Both the position numbers and the translations under genes were made by a program. A stretch of 64,000 nt of DNA from a virus. Position 1 is the stretch's first letter, and each line of letters starts with the position of its first letter. The notes under the pieces were generated by a model that was given only the letters and a program-made list of their open reading frames with translations, did not search any database and had not been told where the DNA came from. Shown here piece after piece: positions 18,265 to 26,974 of the stretch. The stretch is from the IMG/VR virus record IMGVR_UViG_3300027985_000286, positions 1-64,000 of that record, one strand, 5' to 3'.

Positions 18265-18660
18265 GTGAGCGTTCAAACCAAAAATGTGACCAAGACCAAA
18301 ATACCCGAAGAAGTCAAACAAGCTCTTCTGAAAACCAACCTTGCTTATCTCTGGAACCTAGAAGAGGCTAAAGAGTACACACTAACCGAAGACACCCAGG
18401 CGGTAGTCTGGAAGAATGGCAGGGTGGAGTACTACAGGAAGAATGTTGAAAAAGGTACCAAAGGTTGGTTGTTCACGTTTCCTAAGGTAACCTACAGTAA
18501 GTACGAGCAGATTGGTGACCAGAACTGGCCAGCAAAAGGTGCGGATATCATCCAGCACGGTGCGAACTACCAGTTCGTTGCGCTCCTTGAAGATGGTACC
18601 TTTGCGGAATCGTTCAAATCCGTAAAGTTCGACGAACCCCAAATTATTGGCAAGGTCTGA
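18265..18660 (+). CDS. hypothetical protein
   Basis: AAGGA SD, GTG start. Confidence 0.6.
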   Translation: MSVQTKNVTKTKIPEEVKQALLKTNLAYLWNLEEAKEYTLTEDTQAVVWKNGRVEYYRKNVEKGTKGWLFTFPKVTYSKYEQIGDQNWPAKGADIIQHGANYQFVALLEDGTFAESFKSVKFDEPQIIGKV

Positions 18661-18672
18661 GAGGTACGCAAA

Positions 18673-18981
18673 ATGACCAATCATATCCAAAATGCAATTG
18701 CTGCTATCGCATCCCAAACTGATAAGCAGTTCTTTGTGGTCACTCTGGTGGAAGAGGCTATCGGCCGCAAGGTTTCCTTCGAAGAACTCGGAAAGGCGAT
18801 CAAAGCCCTGGGCTACCACATTGAAAACAAGGTGGTCAGCGGACACGCTTTTCAACTGCAGTACAGGGAGAAGTACAACCAGCAAGCTGAAGAGAACATC
18901 CCGAACATCTACTTCGGCCCTGGCGGCTTCGAGAGCTATTGCGTCGGGGGTGGTTGCGCATACGCCATCAATAAGGGGTAA
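18673..18981 (+). CDS. hypothetical protein
   Basis: GAGGT SD. Confidence 0.65.
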   Translation: MTNHIQNAIAAIASQTDKQFFVVTLVEEAIGRKVSFEELGKAIKALGYHIENKVVSGHAFQLQYREKYNQQAEENIPNIYFGPGGFESYCVGGGCAYAINKG

Positions 18982-19035
18982 CAACCTCTGATTGCAGGGT
19001 TACTACGAACCAGTCCGGGATTGTAAGGAGGGAAA

Positions 19036-19260
19036 ATGGTTGCAAAACTCGTTAAGATCAAAGAAGACCTAACCGAGACCGAGTACTGGTTCGGTCTCAA
19101 CACTAAAACGGAGGGCATGAAAGGGGAGGAGTACTCGGAGTACCAAATGATTTTAACCAGCATGTACTCCCGACGGGACGAAAAGTACGTCAACGTTAGA
19201 GGAGTAGACGTGCTCGGTTGGATCTTTCATGTGTCGGATGTTGAATTCATCGAAAAGTGA
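19036..19260 (+). CDS. hypothetical protein (paralog family)
   Basis: AAGGAGG SD; KIKEDL.ETE...WIFHVSDVE. Confidence 0.65.
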   Translation: MVAKLVKIKEDLTETEYWFGLNTKTEGMKGEEYSEYQMILTSMYSRRDEKYVNVRGVDVLGWIFHVSDVEFIEK

Positions 19261-19270
19261 GGAGGTTACA

Positions 19271-19453
19271 ATGTCAATCGTAAGCATTTTTCTGTTCTTC
19301 TTGGGTGCCATGATGCTGACTGCTGCCGTGGTCTCAGAGGTGCGTTCTGCTGTTGTAGTTTTCAAGGGAACGGCAGCGTATCGTAATATATGGCCTGCTA
19401 TCTTATATGCCTCTATAGGATCAACTCTGATGTTTATTGCATCACACTTCTAA
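19271..19453 (+). CDS. small membrane protein
   Basis: GGAGGT SD; two hydrophobic segments. Confidence 0.6.
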   Translation: MSIVSIFLFFLGAMMLTAAVVSEVRSAVVVFKGTAAYRNIWPAILYASIGSTLMFIASHF

Positions 19454-19464
19454 GAGCAACGGCC

Positions 19465-19677
19465 ATGATATACGGTTATGTGCTAGTGGCTCTGGTCTTT
19501 GGTGGCCTGTGGCTTGTATTTACTGCCATCGTCAAGGAAATACGTCACGTTGCTTACATCATCGTCTTCAAAGATGAAGAGTACACAGTAAAGTACCCGA
19601 TACTCGTCGCATCTATAGGGATGCTGATAACCCTAATGTCATTAGTGGAAATCATGAGGATGGTGATCAATGGGTGA
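19465..19677 (+). CDS. small membrane protein
   Basis: two hydrophobic segments. Confidence 0.5.
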   Translation: MIYGYVLVALVFGGLWLVFTAIVKEIRHVAYIIVFKDEEYTVKYPILVASIGMLITLMSLVEIMRMVING

Positions 19678-19867
19678 CATCGGTCTAGTGCAGGCAGTAG
19701 CGCTCGTATTCTTTGGGTTGTCTGGTTTCTTTATCCACTACCAGACGTTTCAGATTTCTTTGCGAAACGGAGACAACCCGATTCGTATCACTGGCCTCCA
19801 GCTCGCGCTATACATGACAATTGCGGTAAACGGTTTTGCTGCTTTACTGCATATTGTCATTGGGTAG
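19670..19867 (+). CDS. small membrane protein
   Basis: GAGG SD; two hydrophobic segments. Confidence 0.55.
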   Translation: MGDIGLVQAVALVFFGLSGFFIHYQTFQISLRNGDNPIRITGLQLALYMTIAVNGFAALLHIVIG

Positions 19868-20200
19868 GGCACAGATCGGTTCGTTCTGGTCCTTTCGGTA
19901 ATAACAGAGCAGATCCTGTTCCTTTTTGATAAAGGTCAGGATCTGCTCCATCCATGTGGCAAACTTGGCAGCGTCCTGCCTGGTCAGCGCAATGTAAGAA
20001 GTAGGGACCCCTCCTTCGTCAACCACCAACGATTTGAACTGAACAGACGGAGCTTCAACCGGAGCCGGTCTATCTGGGTGCACCATTGGGGTTGGTACAT
20101 ACTCCACTCCCGGTCGAGCAGGAAAATCCCAAAAACAGCCGCTGAGCGTAAGTGTTGACATCAGCACCATCGGCAATAGGATCTTTGATAGCTTGGTCAT
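19844..20200 (-). CDS. outer-membrane spanin (Rz1-like lipoprotein)
   Basis: signal peptide with lipobox LSGC, Pro-rich segment, overlaps i-spanin 3' end. Confidence 0.8.
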   Translation of the reverse strand: MTKLSKILLPMVLMSTLTLSGCFWDFPARPGVEYVPTPMVHPDRPAPVEAPSVQFKSLVVDEGGVPTSYIALTRQDAAKFATWMEQILTFIKKEQDLLCYYRKDQNEPICALPNDNMQ

Positions 20201-20495
20201 TTTTGGCTTCCCAGTCTTTAATAGCTCTTCGAGCAATTGCTAGTTCAATGTCCGTCTTTCTGTTCTGCTTATCCAGCTCGTCCTTGCGTTTTTGCAAGTC
20301 GTCGTAGAGCGCCTGTAGCGCGTTATAACGCGACTCTGCATTTTGCTGTGCTACTACAGCAGCCTGCAGTTCTGTCTGCGCTACGTCGATCCTAGAGCTT
20401 TGCAGCAACAGAAACAGTGCTAACACTACGACCCAGGAAACTGCAGTTGCACTTATCCAAGGGTTCTTTAGAATCTTTAGCAGAAAACCGACCAT
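20070..20495 (-). CDS. inner-membrane spanin (Rz-like)
   Basis: N-terminal TM helix, long coiled coil, C-terminal Cys pair. Confidence 0.8.
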   Translation of the reverse strand: MVGFLLKILKNPWISATAVSWVVVLALFLLLQSSRIDVAQTELQAAVVAQQNAESRYNALQALYDDLQKRKDELDKQNRKTDIELAIARRAIKDWEAKNDQAIKDPIADGADVNTYAQRLFLGFSCSTGSGVCTNPNGAPR

Positions 20496-20788
20496 CACAA
20501 GTCCTTCATCTTTAGGTAGATGTGTTGTGTGGTATTGGCAGAGTTGCACAGCACAGTTGGCTTGCCCGAGTAAAGCCTCTTCTTTAGCTCTGCAGTCAAG
20601 TCAACATCGTCTAAAATCTCTTTCCATTTTCTACCACGTTCTTTACCCTGCATCATCTTAAGGTAGGAGTCATGAGGGACATGATATACAGGAGCACCGA
20701 ATGCCATGTCTCTACCTGCAACCGAAGCGCCGGTAACGTTAGTTGCCGGGGCAGAGTCCTCGTTGAGATATTCTTGGAAAGTCTTCAT
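20495..20788 (-). CDS. putative internal head protein
   Basis: N-terminus MKTFQEYLNE resembles the T4 capsid-targeting sequence. Confidence 0.6.
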   Translation of the reverse strand: MKTFQEYLNEDSAPATNVTGASVAGRDMAFGAPVYHVPHDSYLKMMQGKERGRKWKEILDDVDLTAELKKRLYSGKPTVLCNSANTTQHIYLKMKDL

Positions 20789-20952
20789 CAGATGCTTCCT
20801 TTATTGTGCAGAGCCCAAGCAGTTGCGTAGAGCTTTTCTTCCCAACCTTCTCCATACCTCTTCTTGAACTCTTCCTTGTTCGCCTTTACCCAGTCCTCTG
20901 CTTTCTTACCAGGAGGGGCTGACTCTTTGATATAGTCTTGGAACCTTTTCAT
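20788..20952 (-). CDS. putative internal head protein, 54 aa (not in ORF track)
   Basis: MKRFQDYIKE...KKRYGEGWEEKLYATAW; ATGA and TGATG overlaps with both neighbours. Confidence 0.65.
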   Translation of the reverse strand: MKRFQDYIKESAPPGKKAEDWVKANKEEFKKRYGEGWEEKLYATAWALHNKGSI

Positions 20953-21338
20953 GCTAGTGCCTCTAACTTGAACCTAAGGTCTACGTCTTCACTATACTCG
21001 CTCATGTTTATCTCAGGTATTGCCTGAGGTAGGACATTAAGAAATCTGAATACAGTCTTCGCCACCGGTATTTGATCACCGGTAAGCCTGAAGAATGCGA
21101 TTCTGACTAATGCCTTACTATCAAACACGTTTAGGAGCATTATGAAGGTGTTCAGCATTATCCTAACGTTAATACCATGGTCCCTGTCATTGAGGAAGGT
21201 ATCAATTGTCCTTCCCAGTCGTAACAGTTTGATGAAGTCAGACTTGAACTCCTCAACACCTAAGCAATGAGGGTTGGTGTAAGAGTCAATGGCGAACTGC
21301 TTTAGGTTGGTATTGTTCAAGAGATGTTGCTTATTCAT
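20949..21338 (-). CDS. conserved T4-like-phage hypothetical protein
   Basis: FA...Y.NP.C...EEF..D, LN..I.L.NVF pattern. Confidence 0.65.
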   Translation of the reverse strand: MNKQHLLNNTNLKQFAIDSYTNPHCLGVEEFKSDFIKLLRLGRTIDTFLNDRDHGINVRIMLNTFIMLLNVFDSKALVRIAFFRLTGDQIPVAKTVFRFLNVLPQAIPEINMSEYSEDVDLRFKLEALA

Positions 21339-21588
21339 CTGATGCTTGGTTAGCGGTAGATTTACTACCCGGCTTTCTACCTGCTCTTCTTCTTACCGCT
21401 TCTCTGGCAATCTTACTCACATGCTCGAGCTCTTCCACGTATTGCTCAATCTTCTTATCCAAATCTTTGACGGATACCAAAACTTCTCCGGTCTTGTCTA
21501 CAACCCAACCTTTGTCTGTTGCAGAGACCCAGTCGTCGTGCTTGGGCTTTTGCAACCATCTGGGTGGTGTAATCCAAATCATACGCAC
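21331..21588 (-). CDS. hypothetical protein
   Basis: PP.W...ATDKGWV...TGEVLVS motif; AAGGAG SD. Confidence 0.6.
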   Translation of the reverse strand: MRMIWITPPRWLQKPKHDDWVSATDKGWVVDKTGEVLVSVKDLDKKIEQYVEELEHVSKIAREAVRRRAGRKPGSKSTANQASDE

Positions 21589-21591
21589 TCC

Positions 21592-23691
21592 TTATTCAAA
21601 AACGTTTGCAACGATTCTAATCGTCTGCCCAGCAGTCGCCCCGCCTCTTGTTATACGAACCCTGACACTGTTCACGCTATTCAGGTACCAACCAAGATCC
21701 AACGGGCTTCTAGGTGTAGCAGAATATTTCTGAGGGATGGCATTGTATGGCCAAGTAGAGGCAAACAAGCTATCCGTATTCACATCCGTAAGAATCAAAT
21801 TCTCAACGTGTTTTAGCGTGAGTTTGCCGTCACCGTATGATGAGAATGTTGAGCTACCTTTTGTGGTGTCCGCTCTCACAAAATCGACGATGTTGAACTT
21901 AGTCACATTCGCCCCATCGATATGGACAGCACCCAGGTGGAATGCACCAGGAGTACTGATCAGAGCAGACGTATCCAATAGTGTCATTGTTGCAGTGACG
22001 CCTGTTGCAATGGTACAAGCCTCATCACTGTAGAACGTAACTGCTTGACCACCACCCAGAAGATCAATGATATCCCAAGGTGCGACCACGCGCGCATACG
22101 TTTCGATACCAGTTGCGTTCATCTGGCGTACGATCATGATGTTACCAGCAGCATCTTTAAAGTATTGACCAGAGGCAATCGTACCACCAACAACACTGGT
22201 GATAGAGAATTTAGAGTCGGCCATAAACTCCGACACGTCACCAGTACCAATGAAGATTAGAGAATCAGCACCGTTACCCATACGGAAGCCTTGCATCTGT
22301 CTTCCGTTAGACAGCGTAACGAAGTCATTAATGTAGATGTAATCCTGACCGTTGAAATCACCTAGAGTGTGAATACCTTCAAACCAAGTGCTACCGTCAA
22401 CGCTAAGCCCGGTCAGCACTGCTCTGGATTCGTTTCTACCAGCATCGCTAATCTCATTTGGCCACAGGTAGTTTCGGGATTTGATAGCAGCAAAAGGCTC
22501 GTATGCTTCAGATGTAGACTGGTAGAAGTGGCAACCTCTGATGCTAACCTCTCTCCAATCACCGAAGAAGTTACCACCGCAATTCGCCGGAGACCCTTCT
22601 GTGCCGTCTCCTCTGTACGAGTGGGCGACAATATGAGATCTGTACAGCGGGTCGGTTCCTGTGATATCTTCACCAGACACTGACATAGTGCTATTGTAGA
22701 TATGAACATGACCGTGACCGTGACCCGCAGCATTTAGGAAAATTGATGCCTGGGCAAATCCAAGGAACCTGCAATCAGTGATGTATACCCACTGAGCAGA
22801 AATCATTTCGATACCAAAGCTGGTCGGACCGCCGCCATTGTTAATCCAAACATTCTGGAAGTACGTTCTGTTGGCAGTGACTAGCTTTACGGTTGGAACG
22901 TTGGTTGCGGTACTCTTCTGAGAAATAAGAATATCTCTGAAAATTGTAAAAGAAGGCCCGTACACACCATCGTAGAAAGCATGGGTTGGGTCGACATTAG
23001 CAGTACCCACCTGTATAGTACCGGTAATAGAGATACCGGCCTTACCCATTCCGTCACCCTTGATAATGAAGCTATCGTCTCGAATGACAAGGTCACCAGT
23101 GTATAGGTAATTACCAATATCGTTGTGCTGGAAGTAAAGTGTTCCACCACCTAGTCCATCAACACCCGGGCCGCAACCAGTGAGACCGGCGCTTTCCATA
23201 GCGGCAACAGTAGCATCAATACCAGCAGTGTCCAGTACGCTATCTTGACCGACTGCGCCGAACCATCTGATGTTGTAAACGTTGTTGAACTGGTACCTAA
23301 CTAGAGCACTCTTACCGTCACCGCCTGCAGGGACAATAACCGTTCCACAATACGCCCCGCCGTTATCAACAAAGGTGCCTGCCACATCTACAGTTTTGTA
23401 AATGAACGTACCACCGTCTTCACCGCTAATCAGAAAAAACTTCCCGTCAGGAACGACATAGGTAGCCAAGTGAGTTAGCGCTTCTGCCTTGCCACTCAGG
23501 ATGGTGGCAGTTTTCATGATATCGGAAAGAGATACTGCGTCCGCCGCCGTGTTTACGATATCAGTGATAGGGTGTGGGTGTACTTCTACCTTATGCGCAT
23601 CAAGAATAGCCGTAGACACTGCAGTTGCAACATCCTGTGAAACCACGTTGCTATCCGTAAAAGGGTCTCTTCCTACGTAAGGGCTTGCCAT
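21592..23691 (-). CDS. second tailspike / receptor-binding protein with beta-helix
   Basis: GGTFIY...DNGG...GTVIVP...LVR, NIRWFGAVG...DT..I, GGGTLYF, beta-helix repeats. Confidence 0.8.
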   Translation of the reverse strand: MASPYVGRDPFTDSNVVSQDVATAVSTAILDAHKVEVHPHPITDIVNTAADAVSLSDIMKTATILSGKAEALTHLATYVVPDGKFFLISGEDGGTFIYKTVDVAGTFVDNGGAYCGTVIVPAGGDGKSALVRYQFNNVYNIRWFGAVGQDSVLDTAGIDATVAAMESAGLTGCGPGVDGLGGGTLYFQHNDIGNYLYTGDLVIRDDSFIIKGDGMGKAGISITGTIQVGTANVDPTHAFYDGVYGPSFTIFRDILISQKSTATNVPTVKLVTANRTYFQNVWINNGGGPTSFGIEMISAQWVYITDCRFLGFAQASIFLNAAGHGHGHVHIYNSTMSVSGEDITGTDPLYRSHIVAHSYRGDGTEGSPANCGGNFFGDWREVSIRGCHFYQSTSEAYEPFAAIKSRNYLWPNEISDAGRNESRAVLTGLSVDGSTWFEGIHTLGDFNGQDYIYINDFVTLSNGRQMQGFRMGNGADSLIFIGTGDVSEFMADSKFSITSVVGGTIASGQYFKDAAGNIMIVRQMNATGIETYARVVAPWDIIDLLGGGQAVTFYSDEACTIATGVTATMTLLDTSALISTPGAFHLGAVHIDGANVTKFNIVDFVRADTTKGSSTFSSYGDGKLTLKHVENLILTDVNTDSLFASTWPYNAIPQKYSATPRSPLDLGWYLNSVNSVRVRITRGGATAGQTIRIVANVFE

Positions 23692-23709
23692 TATTCGTCT
23701 ACCTTGTTA

Positions 23710-24051
23710 TTAGAATGTGAGCTCTAGGTAATCCATGGTCAAATCGACAGCGGCAGCATCACCAGCAATAGCCTGAATCTTATCACCAGGGGCAAGCACA
23801 ATACGGTTGCCGTCTGCGATGTTTAGAGCAGAGCCTACAGGGAGTTCAGTGTTCAACCCAGTAACCATCTTTTGGTCGAGAGTTGCGGCAATATACTTTC
23901 TCACGCCAACAGTGGTGTTAATCGTACCATCGGCATTGGCAGCTCTGAGACCAACAATGATGGTTTGGGTGGCAGCTGGACAAGTGTAGATGTCTGTCCA
24001 TGATGTAGTAAGAGTAACACCTAGATCTAGAAAGTTGAAAGGGACAGCCAT
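23710..24051 (-). CDS. beta-rich virion structural protein
   Basis: TDIYTCPA..., IVLAPGDKIQA; in late operon. Confidence 0.55.
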   Translation of the reverse strand: MAVPFNFLDLGVTLTTSWTDIYTCPAATQTIIVGLRAANADGTINTTVGVRKYIAATLDQKMVTGLNTELPVGSALNIADGNRIVLAPGDKIQAIAGDAAAVDLTMDYLELTF

Positions 24052-24057
24052 CTCTTA

Positions 24058-24534
24058 TTATCCTCCGAGTGCAATGGCCATGACGATCGCGTACATGATG
24101 GAGTTTTGTTCAATTTGCGGGTGGGCGTTAGGATCATCTCTGTTGATAAGGTTTTGGTGATCCATTACCTCAGTGTTTAGCCATGTGCGATAGTCTTCGA
24201 TTAGGGTAATGACACCGGCAGCAGTCGTGACACGATACAGCGCAATGGCATCAGACGATGGAGTGAACCCCTCTACTGCTGACGCGAGTGCTTCTGCACC
24301 CAACGTAACATCTAGGTACACAACGTTGACGCTGTTATCTGCGAGTGTGACAAAAGTATCAGGAATGTTGACTAGGGCAGTACCACGTCTCAGGTAGCTA
24401 GCTCGAATAAAGAAGTCAAGACCGGTATTGAAGTCTGGGTCGTTAGAAAAGCTACCAACCACACCTGTAGCGATTACCTCATTGTACTTCTCGAACCAAG
24501 TCTTAAAGGTATCACCCTGCTTAAGAGTTCTCAT
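24058..24534 (-). CDS. virion structural protein (fibre/spike adaptor-like)
   Basis: DTF..W..K.N N-terminus, HQNL..RDD..AHPQ motif; late promoter upstream. Confidence 0.55.
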   Translation of the reverse strand: MRTLKQGDTFKTWFEKYNEVIATGVVGSFSNDPDFNTGLDFFIRASYLRRGTALVNIPDTFVTLADNSVNVVYLDVTLGAEALASAVEGFTPSSDAIALYRVTTAAGVITLIEDYRTWLNTEVMDHQNLINRDDPNAHPQIEQNSIMYAIVMAIALGG

Positions 24535-24559
24535 TCGTGCTTCCTCTGCTGTTTGATTG

Positions 24560-24565
24560 TATTTA
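24560..24565 (-). promoter_or_regulatory. late promoter
   Basis: CTAAATAC on minus strand. Confidence 0.7.
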
Positions 24566-24573
24566 GCAGAGAC

Positions 24574-24599
24574 AAAAAGAAGGCCAGCATTGCTGGCCT
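24574..24599 (-). terminator. intrinsic terminator
   Basis: AGGCCAGC-AAT-GCTGGCCT-TCTTTTT on minus strand. Confidence 0.8.
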
Positions 24600-24713
24600 A
24601 AAGGCTGGTTAGTTATGTTCTACAGGCAGTGTCGTTATCCAGGCAGGTCCAGCTCCACCCTAGTACACTTTGGCACCCCTGTAGGCAGCTCTAGGACTGC
24701 GTTCTAGCGGACT

Positions 24714-25016
24714 TCACACGGCAGGGGTTGTATTGCTATTGCTGCCTACAATCGCCGTGTAGGCAGTCTCGTAGGCCTCGTTCTCTGCAACAGTCTTATC
24801 ATGAGACTGCTTATGGTAGTCTCGAGACATGGTCCGGAACAGCTTCTTGTCAAACTTGAACTCATCTGCCACACGATCAACAATAGCCTTCATCTGGTCT
24901 CGCTGAGCAGCAATGTGAGTCAAACACACATCCATTTCCTTGACTGCATTAAAAATCTTCTCACGGTCAGCAGGGCTGGACGGGACATTCGATTCCATGA
25001 TAGCTTCTACGGTCAT
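24714..25016 (-). CDS. T4 DsbA-like dsDNA-binding protein
   Basis: IF..VKE......I......K.I......E...D.K.F......YHK pattern as in T4 DsbA. Confidence 0.65.
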   Translation of the reverse strand: MTVEAIMESNVPSSPADREKIFNAVKEMDVCLTHIAAQRDQMKAIVDRVADEFKFDKKLFRTMSRDYHKQSHDKTVAENEAYETAYTAIVGSNSNTTPAV

Positions 25017-25024
25017 TATTGATT

Positions 25025-25684
25025 TTACCTGTGGTTGAGTACTGAAGGATATTCGAACCGGCAGTGGCTCTTAGGAGTTTCCCAAAACTCAGCAGCGTAC
25101 ACCTCAAAGACATGGTCTGCAACTGAGTACCCGAGGGAATCGCTATTACTTCTTTTCGAAGATCTCATAGTTCCCATGACGCTGCGTGCAACGTCAAGGA
25201 GAAACTTGGTAAGGTTCTCACTGGTAGGAACGAACGGAACGAAAACCATTCCTTCGAACTTCTCAGCGATTTCTTGTTTGAGAGGACCACCATCCAATAG
25301 CTCGGGGCTGATGCACTTGATATTGTGAGTTCTAGCAATATCGTTGGGGTGAGGTACAACCCATTCGTTGAACGGTTTAGGTACCTCGTGACTGAACAAA
25401 GGATCGTTGATGTCCATAATGAACTTGTGGTCCAGAACATCATCAATAAAGTCCTTCATAAACCCAAGGTGCTTGAAATCTGTTACCATGCCGGTATCGT
25501 CCACATCAGACGAACGCATGAAAATCTTCACACGACCTTGGTGTCCATGAATATGCCTGCACGCTAGACACGTTGAGTTACCAGATGTGAGCTTTGAGTC
25601 AAGCTTTTGAGTCCATACTCGATGGCCATAGCAAAAATCAAAACTCTTGTCGATAGAGAAAATCTGAGTATTCCGAGGCTGCAA
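25025..25684 (-). CDS. queD: 6-carboxy-5,6,7,8-tetrahydropterin synthase
   Basis: FCYGHR, CRHIHGH, GMVTDF, LDHKF, PTSENL, WETPKS. Confidence 0.88.
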   Translation of the reverse strand: MQPRNTQIFSIDKSFDFCYGHRVWTQKLDSKLTSGNSTCLACRHIHGHQGRVKIFMRSSDVDDTGMVTDFKHLGFMKDFIDDVLDHKFIMDINDPLFSHEVPKPFNEWVVPHPNDIARTHNIKCISPELLDGGPLKQEIAEKFEGMVFVPFVPTSENLTKFLLDVARSVMGTMRSSKRSNSDSLGYSVADHVFEVYAAEFWETPKSHCRFEYPSVLNHR

Positions 25685-25696
25685 GTCAGTGTCTCC

Positions 25697-26194
25697 TTAG
25701 GAAGGTTTATAGTTGACAACAGTAATATCTGCGCCTGCTGTGACTTCTTCAATAACTGCGGCGATCTTGTTCCAATCACCACCGGCAATACCAGCCCCAA
25801 TCTTCGGTATACCAATTTTGGGCTTGTTAAAGTTGGCAAAGCGAAGCTTGACATTGTAAAACGCTTCACGCACCCAGCGCAAACGGTTTTCAGGAGTGTC
25901 GTACAGTAGCGAAAAACCACCAGGCTGATACTGCGTGTACGCATTGATAATAGTAAGCTTGTGGCTACCTAAGTCGCAATTGACGAACGACATCTTTCCT
26001 GCCTGATTAATATCGCCTTTATACAGCTTTGCGAAGTTCTTGTCTGCCTTGACCGCCGCCGGGAACTCTTTTGCGATGGTTGCTGCAATGCCTCCACCCA
26101 TCGTGGCAAAGCAGTTGCAACCGTGTACGATGACATCAAAGTCACCGTTTTTTGCCATTGCAATGAGATCACCATCAACATACTTGAGCGCCAT
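25697..26194 (-). CDS. macrodomain ADP-ribose hydrolase (T4 Tk.4-like)
   Basis: GDL, IVHGCNCF.TMGGGIA, NAYTQY, PKIGAGIAGGDW. Confidence 0.9.
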   Translation of the reverse strand: MALKYVDGDLIAMAKNGDFDVIVHGCNCFATMGGGIAATIAKEFPAAVKADKNFAKLYKGDINQAGKMSFVNCDLGSHKLTIINAYTQYQPGGFSLLYDTPENRLRWVREAFYNVKLRFANFNKPKIGIPKIGAGIAGGDWNKIAAVIEEVTAGADITVVNYKPS

Positions 26195-26209
26195 GTAGGT
26201 ACCTTCCTC

Positions 26210-26632
26210 TTAGTGCATCTTATCTCTGGGTGGGATATACTCAACTTCCCACAGTTCTTTTTCTACAGCGTCTCTTACTTCCATCAAGACCGAAGCGAGA
26301 TGATACTTCCATAAAATCTCATCCCGGAAGCAGTATTCTGCCTTATTTGCCTCTAGTATCATTTCAAACTCTTGCCTTGCTTCATCAATCTCTTCATCAC
26401 TCTTACCAGCGTCTTTCATCTTAACTAGCTGGTCTTCGATCCACTCTCTCATCTTGACAACCCGTTCCTCGGTGTCCTTCTTGAAATTCCGAGGAACGGG
26501 ATGCCGACTAATGTCAATCAAGGCCGAGCTATCTATGATGCTGTCCAGCATATCTTGATCGCTAGGCCCTTTGTATTCGTCATCAACCCCTTCATCATCT
26601 AGTTCGTCGATGTCGCTGTTTTCTTCCGACAC
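26210..26632 (-). CDS. acidic hypothetical protein
   Basis: ORF in operon, GAGG SD. Confidence 0.55.
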   Translation of the reverse strand: MSEENSDIDELDDEGVDDEYKGPSDQDMLDSIIDSSALIDISRHPVPRNFKKDTEERVVKMREWIEDQLVKMKDAGKSDEEIDEARQEFEMILEANKAEYCFRDEILWKYHLASVLMEVRDAVEKELWEVEYIPPRDKMH

Positions 26633-26635
26633 AAG

Positions 26636-26872
26636 CTAGCCTCTTGAGTAAACAGGCCGAAGATGAGGTTCCTTGGTGTTCTCATCGATAAGAACGTCGA
26701 TGTCGACAATAGCATACCCGGGCATGGCACTGTCTACGAAATAGACACCATGCTTGAAACCCAGATCATTAATGATCTGGGAGAGTTCCTTCTGCATCCT
26801 GCCTAGGTCATTCCTGGGCACGTTGCTCAGGCGGTTGGTCACATATTCCTTGATGTCTTCGATGTTCATCAT
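26636..26872 (-). CDS. hypothetical protein
   Basis: AGGAGG SD. Confidence 0.6.
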   Translation of the reverse strand: MMNIEDIKEYVTNRLSNVPRNDLGRMQKELSQIINDLGFKHGVYFVDSAMPGYAIVDIDVLIDENTKEPHLRPVYSRG

Positions 26873-26892
26873 AGTGTAGTCCTCCTGTTAAG

Positions 26893-26968
26893 TGGTGGGC
26901 CCGGCGGGATTCGAACCCGAAACCTGAGCGTTATGAGCACCCTGCACTAACCGTTGTGCTACAGGCCC
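26893..26968 (-). tRNA. tRNA with CAU anticodon, probably tRNA-Ile2 (otherwise Met)
   Basis: 76-nt cloverleaf GGGCCTG...GGTTAG...CTCATAA...GGTTCGAATCC...CGGGCCCACCA with encoded CCA. Confidence 0.92.
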
Positions 26969-26974
26969 GTGTCA

